DNA of 28,916 nucleotides from an uncultured Gammaproteobacteria bacterium. Its GTDB lineage: Bacteria; Patescibacteriota; Microgenomatia; UBA1406; HO2-37-13b. The stretch is taken from positions 1 to 28,916 of the forward strand of contig CAYJVA010000001.1 of NCBI GenBank assembly GCA_964373465.1. The letters run 5' to 3'. Below are positions 25,925 through 28,916 of this stretch, in pieces (within the stretch, counting starts at the first letter, position 1; every line of letters begins with the position of its first letter). Position numbers and translations under genes: made by a program. Below the pieces are notes generated by a model. That model made no database searches. It was not told the DNA's origin and saw only the letters and a program-made list of their open reading frames with translations.

Positions 25925-25996
25925 ATATTAATAGTAATTATTACAAAATGCAAGTAGTTATTTGCTATTGCATTTTTGGTAAAGATAGTATATATT
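25925..25996. promoter_or_regulatory. Divergent sigma70-like promoters for tuf and the membrane-protein gene
   Basis: Plus strand TTGCAT-N17-TATATT (25968-25996); minus strand TTGCAT-N17-TAATAT (25953-25925). Confidence 0.5.
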
Positions 25997-26046
25997 TACC
26001 TTAATTTAGTTTCCAATTATTAAAAATTTTTTTATTTTAATCACCT

Positions 26047-27231
26047 ATGGCACAAGGAGTTTTTCAGAGAAATAAACCACACTTAAATATTGGTACTATT
26101 GGTCATGTTGATCATGGTAAGACTACTCTTACTTCAGCTATCCATCATGTACTTTCCAAAAAAGGATTAGCAAAAGATTTGAAATACGATGAGATTGACA
26201 AAGCTCCAGAAGAAAAAGCTCGTGGAGTAACAATCAATCTTCATCACTCTGAATATGAGACAGAAAAAAGACACTATGCTCATATTGATGCACCCGGCCA
26301 TGCTGATTATATTAAAAATATGATCACAGGCGCCGCTCAAATGGATGGGGCGATTTTGGTCGTATCTGCTCCAGATGGTCCAATGCCTCAGACTCGAGAA
26401 CACATTCTTCTTGCTCGTCAAGTAAATGTGCCCGCTATAGTCGTTTTTCTCAACAAAGTAGACATGGTATCTGATAAAGAAATTCTTGATTTAGTTGAGA
26501 TGGAAGTGCGAGATCTTCTGAAAAAATACAAATTTCCCGGAGATACCATACCCATCATTCGTGGTTCGGCGCTTAAAGCCATAGAGGATGATCCAGAATC
26601 AATGAAATCAATTGAAACATTGATGAAGACTATTGACGAATATGTGCCTGATCCCATTCGTGATATAGATAAACCTTTCTTGATGCCAATTGAAGATATT
26701 TTTACTATTCAAGGAAGAGGAACCGTAGTGACTGGACGTGTTGAACGTGGTATTCTGAAGGTGAATGAAGAGATTGAGATCGTGGGACTGAAGGCGACTC
26801 AAAAAACAGTCATTACTGGGGTTGAAATGTTTCGGAAAAGTCTTGACGAAGCACGCGCAGGAGACAATGTGGGATTGCTTCTTCGTGGCATTGAGAAAAA
26901 TCAAGTAGAGCGAGGTCAAGTGATAGCAAAACCAGGTACTGTCACGCCCCATACTGAATTTGAAGCTGAGATCTATGTGCTTACTAAAGAAGAAGGTGGT
27001 CGTCATACTCCTTTTTTTACTGGATATAGACCTCAATTCTTCTTTCGCACCACAGATGTGACTGGTGAGGCGACATTGCCTCAGGGAGTTGAGATGGTGA
27101 TGCCTGGAGACAATGTAAAAATCACGGGTAAAATCATCTATCCTGTTGCTATGGAAGAAGGGGTAAAGTTTGCCATACGTGAAGGTGGACACACAGTAGG
27201 AGCTGGAGTAGTCACTAAAGTTATTAAATAG
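26047..27231 (+). CDS. tuf: Elongation factor Tu
   Basis: [39 protein letters not shown]. Confidence 0.99.
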   Translation: MAQGVFQRNKPHLNIGTIGHVDHGKTTLTSAIHHVLSKKGLAKDLKYDEIDKAPEEKARGVTINLHHSEYETEKRHYAHIDAPGHADYIKNMITGAAQMDGAILVVSAPDGPMPQTREHILLARQVNVPAIVVFLNKVDMVSDKEILDLVEMEVRDLLKKYKFPGDTIPIIRGSALKAIEDDPESMKSIETLMKTIDEYVPDPIRDIDKPFLMPIEDIFTIQGRGTVVTGRVERGILKVNEEIEIVGLKATQKTVITGVEMFRKSLDEARAGDNVGLLLRGIEKNQVERGQVIAKPGTVTPHTEFEAEIYVLTKEEGGRHTPFFTGYRPQFFFRTTDVTGEATLPQGVEMVMPGDNVKITGKIIYPVAMEEGVKFAIREGGHTVGAGVVTKVIK

Positions 27232-27310
27232 TTATAATTAGTTTAATTGGTTATAATTAGTTTAATTGGTATAACTAATTCAACCAACTCTGACTAATTA
27301 CAACTATAAC
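27231..27310. repeat. Repeat-built imperfect hairpin filling the tuf-rpsJ spacer
   Basis: GTTATAATTAGTTTAATTG x2 (27231-27268), followed by complementary blocks AACTAATT, AACCAA and TATAAC. Confidence 0.7.
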
Positions 27311-27326
27311 AGTGCTCTTTTACAAT

Positions 27327-27635
27327 ATGCCAAAAGGACGTATACGAATAAAATTAAAATCTTTTGATCATCGTTTAATTGATGAGACGTGTGAAAAGCT
27401 CGTGGGCACTGCACATAAGACAGGCGCATCAGTCGTCGGACCTATTCCTCTCCCTACTAAAAAAGAGATATATGTCGTGAATAAGTCTACTTTCACTGAT
27501 AAAGATAGTCGTGAACATTTTGGCTTAAAAACTCATAAAAGACTCCTTGATATCATAAATCCAACTAATCAGACGATTGACTCCCTCATGCATCTTGATC
27601 TTCCAGCAGGGATTGATGTGGAGATTAAGATGTAG
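27327..27635 (+). CDS. rpsJ: 30S ribosomal protein S10 (uS10)
   Basis: RIRIKLKSFDHRLID, GPIPLPT, SREHF, HKRLLDI, LDLPAGIDVEIK. Start is ATG 27327. Confidence 0.98.
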   Translation: MPKGRIRIKLKSFDHRLIDETCEKLVGTAHKTGASVVGPIPLPTKKEIYVVNKSTFTDKDSREHFGLKTHKRLLDIINPTNQTIDSLMHLDLPAGIDVEIKM

Positions 27636-27673
27636 TATATATTTTTCTCATTTTAAAGGTAAAAATATAGTCC

Positions 27674-28452
27674 ATGTTAAAAGAAATGCGTCAATTACAT
27701 AAAAAAAAGAGTGAGCCTACCTTATATTTATTAAATCGTTATATAAAAGACGATGAAAAAAAACAATTGTGGCAAGTCATAAGCCAACAATCGTTGTTAA
27801 CAGTTATAATGAAAAAACCTTTTTAGATAGGTCTCTTAATACAATTATTGATTTTATATGCAAGGATAAAGCGTCCTATGAAACATTGCCTGAAGAATTT
27901 CCAAAAACGGCGTTAACTAGATTTAAAGCTTGTCAGTTAGTAACTCAGTCATTGGGGACAGGTGGTGAACGTTTATACTCTCGTTTAGCTCATTTGTGGC
28001 CAATGCCTATTCCCCCAAAAGATGGTCATGAATTAGAAATCATAATTCCCGCAGTTTTTAGTTCAGATGTGGACATTTATATTTATAACGCACCTCAAAA
28101 TTTTTATAGATCGGTATATCTTTGCGGAATTCTTGAGTGGTTTTCTGAAGAATATTTCGGATCAAGAAGAGGATTAATAAGGGATGTATCATATGAAGTA
28201 GATTCTGATTATATTGATTTGAGCGAGATCAAACATGTTGATGAGTTAGAAGAAAAAATGATAAAGAGGAAAAGACAAATTTTTTCCTCACGGTCTACTA
28301 TTTGGTATGGACTTGAGACATTGATACAGAATAGACAAGAGCGTTTTGATCGTATAAAAGAATATTAACAGGATTGGTTTCCCGGAGAATTGATTAAAGC
28401 AAGAAAGGGCGTTGAAGAAATGAGAGAATGGTTATTAACTCTTAAAGTTTAA
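27674..28452 (+). pseudogene. Probably broken hypothetical gene: frameshift at an A8 run plus an internal TAA; longest open piece is 27769..28368
   Basis: ATG 27674 frame reaches GAT-G-A8 (27756-27763); the -1 frame opens exactly there. After TAA 28366-28368 the same frame continues 27 codons (QDWFPGELIK...LKV*). Confidence 0.5.
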
Positions 28453-28529
28453 CGAAGTTATTTTTATAATGAGTTTTCATCTTTTTATCTTTTTCACCTC
28501 AATGGGCAAAAGGATGGCAAGAGATAATA

Positions 28530-28857
28530 CCTGACTTTCTCAAATTAGTGTCCTGATCGTAATTTTCGTATAAGCATTTTAATGTCTGTTATGGTGAAAA
28601 ATAGGTCTGGCTTTAAGATCAGATTTACTCATACGAAATGATTGCTCCACATGCCATAGTTGATGATAAGAGGCAATGATCTGCTCGTCAGGTAATTCCA
28701 GGTTGGTGATATACCCTTTAATGCAGACTAATGCTTTGGCTTTATCAATAAGTAGTTGATTAAGCTTTTTTTCTTTCGTTTTTAGCTTTAAAAATTTTGC
28801 TTTCTTGTTAGTAGTCTTTCCACGTAATCGTTCAGGGTTTGATAAAGACAGTGTCAA
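28530..28857 (-). mobile_element. Internally deleted IS1634-family (DDE) transposase remnant with one terminal repeat
   Basis: IKGYITN...YHQLWHVEQSFRMSKSDLKARPIFH. A short tail in another frame (KMLIRKLRSGH*, 28580-28545) is followed by CCTGACTTTCTC at 28530, matching my recollection of IS1634-type ends. Confidence 0.8.
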
Positions 28858-28861
28858 AATG

Positions 28862-28916
28862 TGTCATGCCCGCCTGCCGTCGGGCAGGCTGAATTTATCC
28901 ACGCCTTTGGCGGGAT
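28862..28916. repeat. REP-like cluster of nested GC-rich palindromes, cut by the window edge
   Basis: TGTCATG...CTGAATTT interrupted by GCCTGCC-GTCG-GGCAGGC (28872-28889), then ATCC(A)CGCC-TTT-GGCGGGAT (28897-28916). Confidence 0.7.

Noticed and set aside
25945-25976. AAAATGCAA...TTGCATTTT inverted repeat as a novel operator or terminator upstream of tuf
   Set aside because: It is explained by two back-to-back TTGCAT -35 boxes of divergent promoters; no second copy was seen to support an operator.
416-27192. Numerous 60-194-aa alternative-frame or antisense ORFs inside long genes (e.g. 17070..17645, 26608..27192, 1429..1914)
   Set aside because: They are shadows of well-conserved genes, with no motifs or independent start signals.
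20984-28368. TAA recoding, suggested by two in-frame TAA codons (dsbA-like gene, orphan at 28366)
   Set aside because: TAA is the true stop of greA, lysS, serS, tuf and others in this window; point mutation or assembly error is simpler.

Overview
A 28.9-kb AT-rich bacterial chromosomal segment read with genetic code 11 (TAA, TAG and TGA all end genes). It most likely comes from a Patescibacteria/CPR (Microgenomates-like) genome; this is inferred from the class I LysRS, the C-Ala-less AlaRS, the stand-alone PolI 5'-3' exonuclease and the compact, probably leaderless gene starts. The backbone is housekeeping: nnrD, alaS, tRNA-Glu(CTC), greA, lysS, an HD protein, serS, secA, purD, eno, a 5'-3' exonuclease, ftsH, a tsaC-tsaE fusion, tsaD, a tRNA with CAT anticodon, hsp20, radA, tuf and rpsJ. 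The most striking content is a nested set of very small repeat elements. (1) GC-rich CCCGC-N-GCGGG palindromes of 15-18 nt occur in seven copies, three of them in frame inside serS and tsaD. (2) AAAGTC-type 7-mer arrays lie in nnrD, secA, tsaD and two gene boundaries, and the palindromes tend to sit within such arrays. (3) Three copies of a TATA-bounded, two-hairpin, ERIC-like miniature element carry interchangeable hairpin cargo; one copy truncates a type II restriction endonuclease. (4) A RAYT-type HUH transposase gene is bracketed by inverted REP doublets, with two more doublets elsewhere in the window. Decayed genes cluster at 20.1-21.7 kb and 27.6-28.9 kb. All homology calls are by motif recognition; no searches were run.
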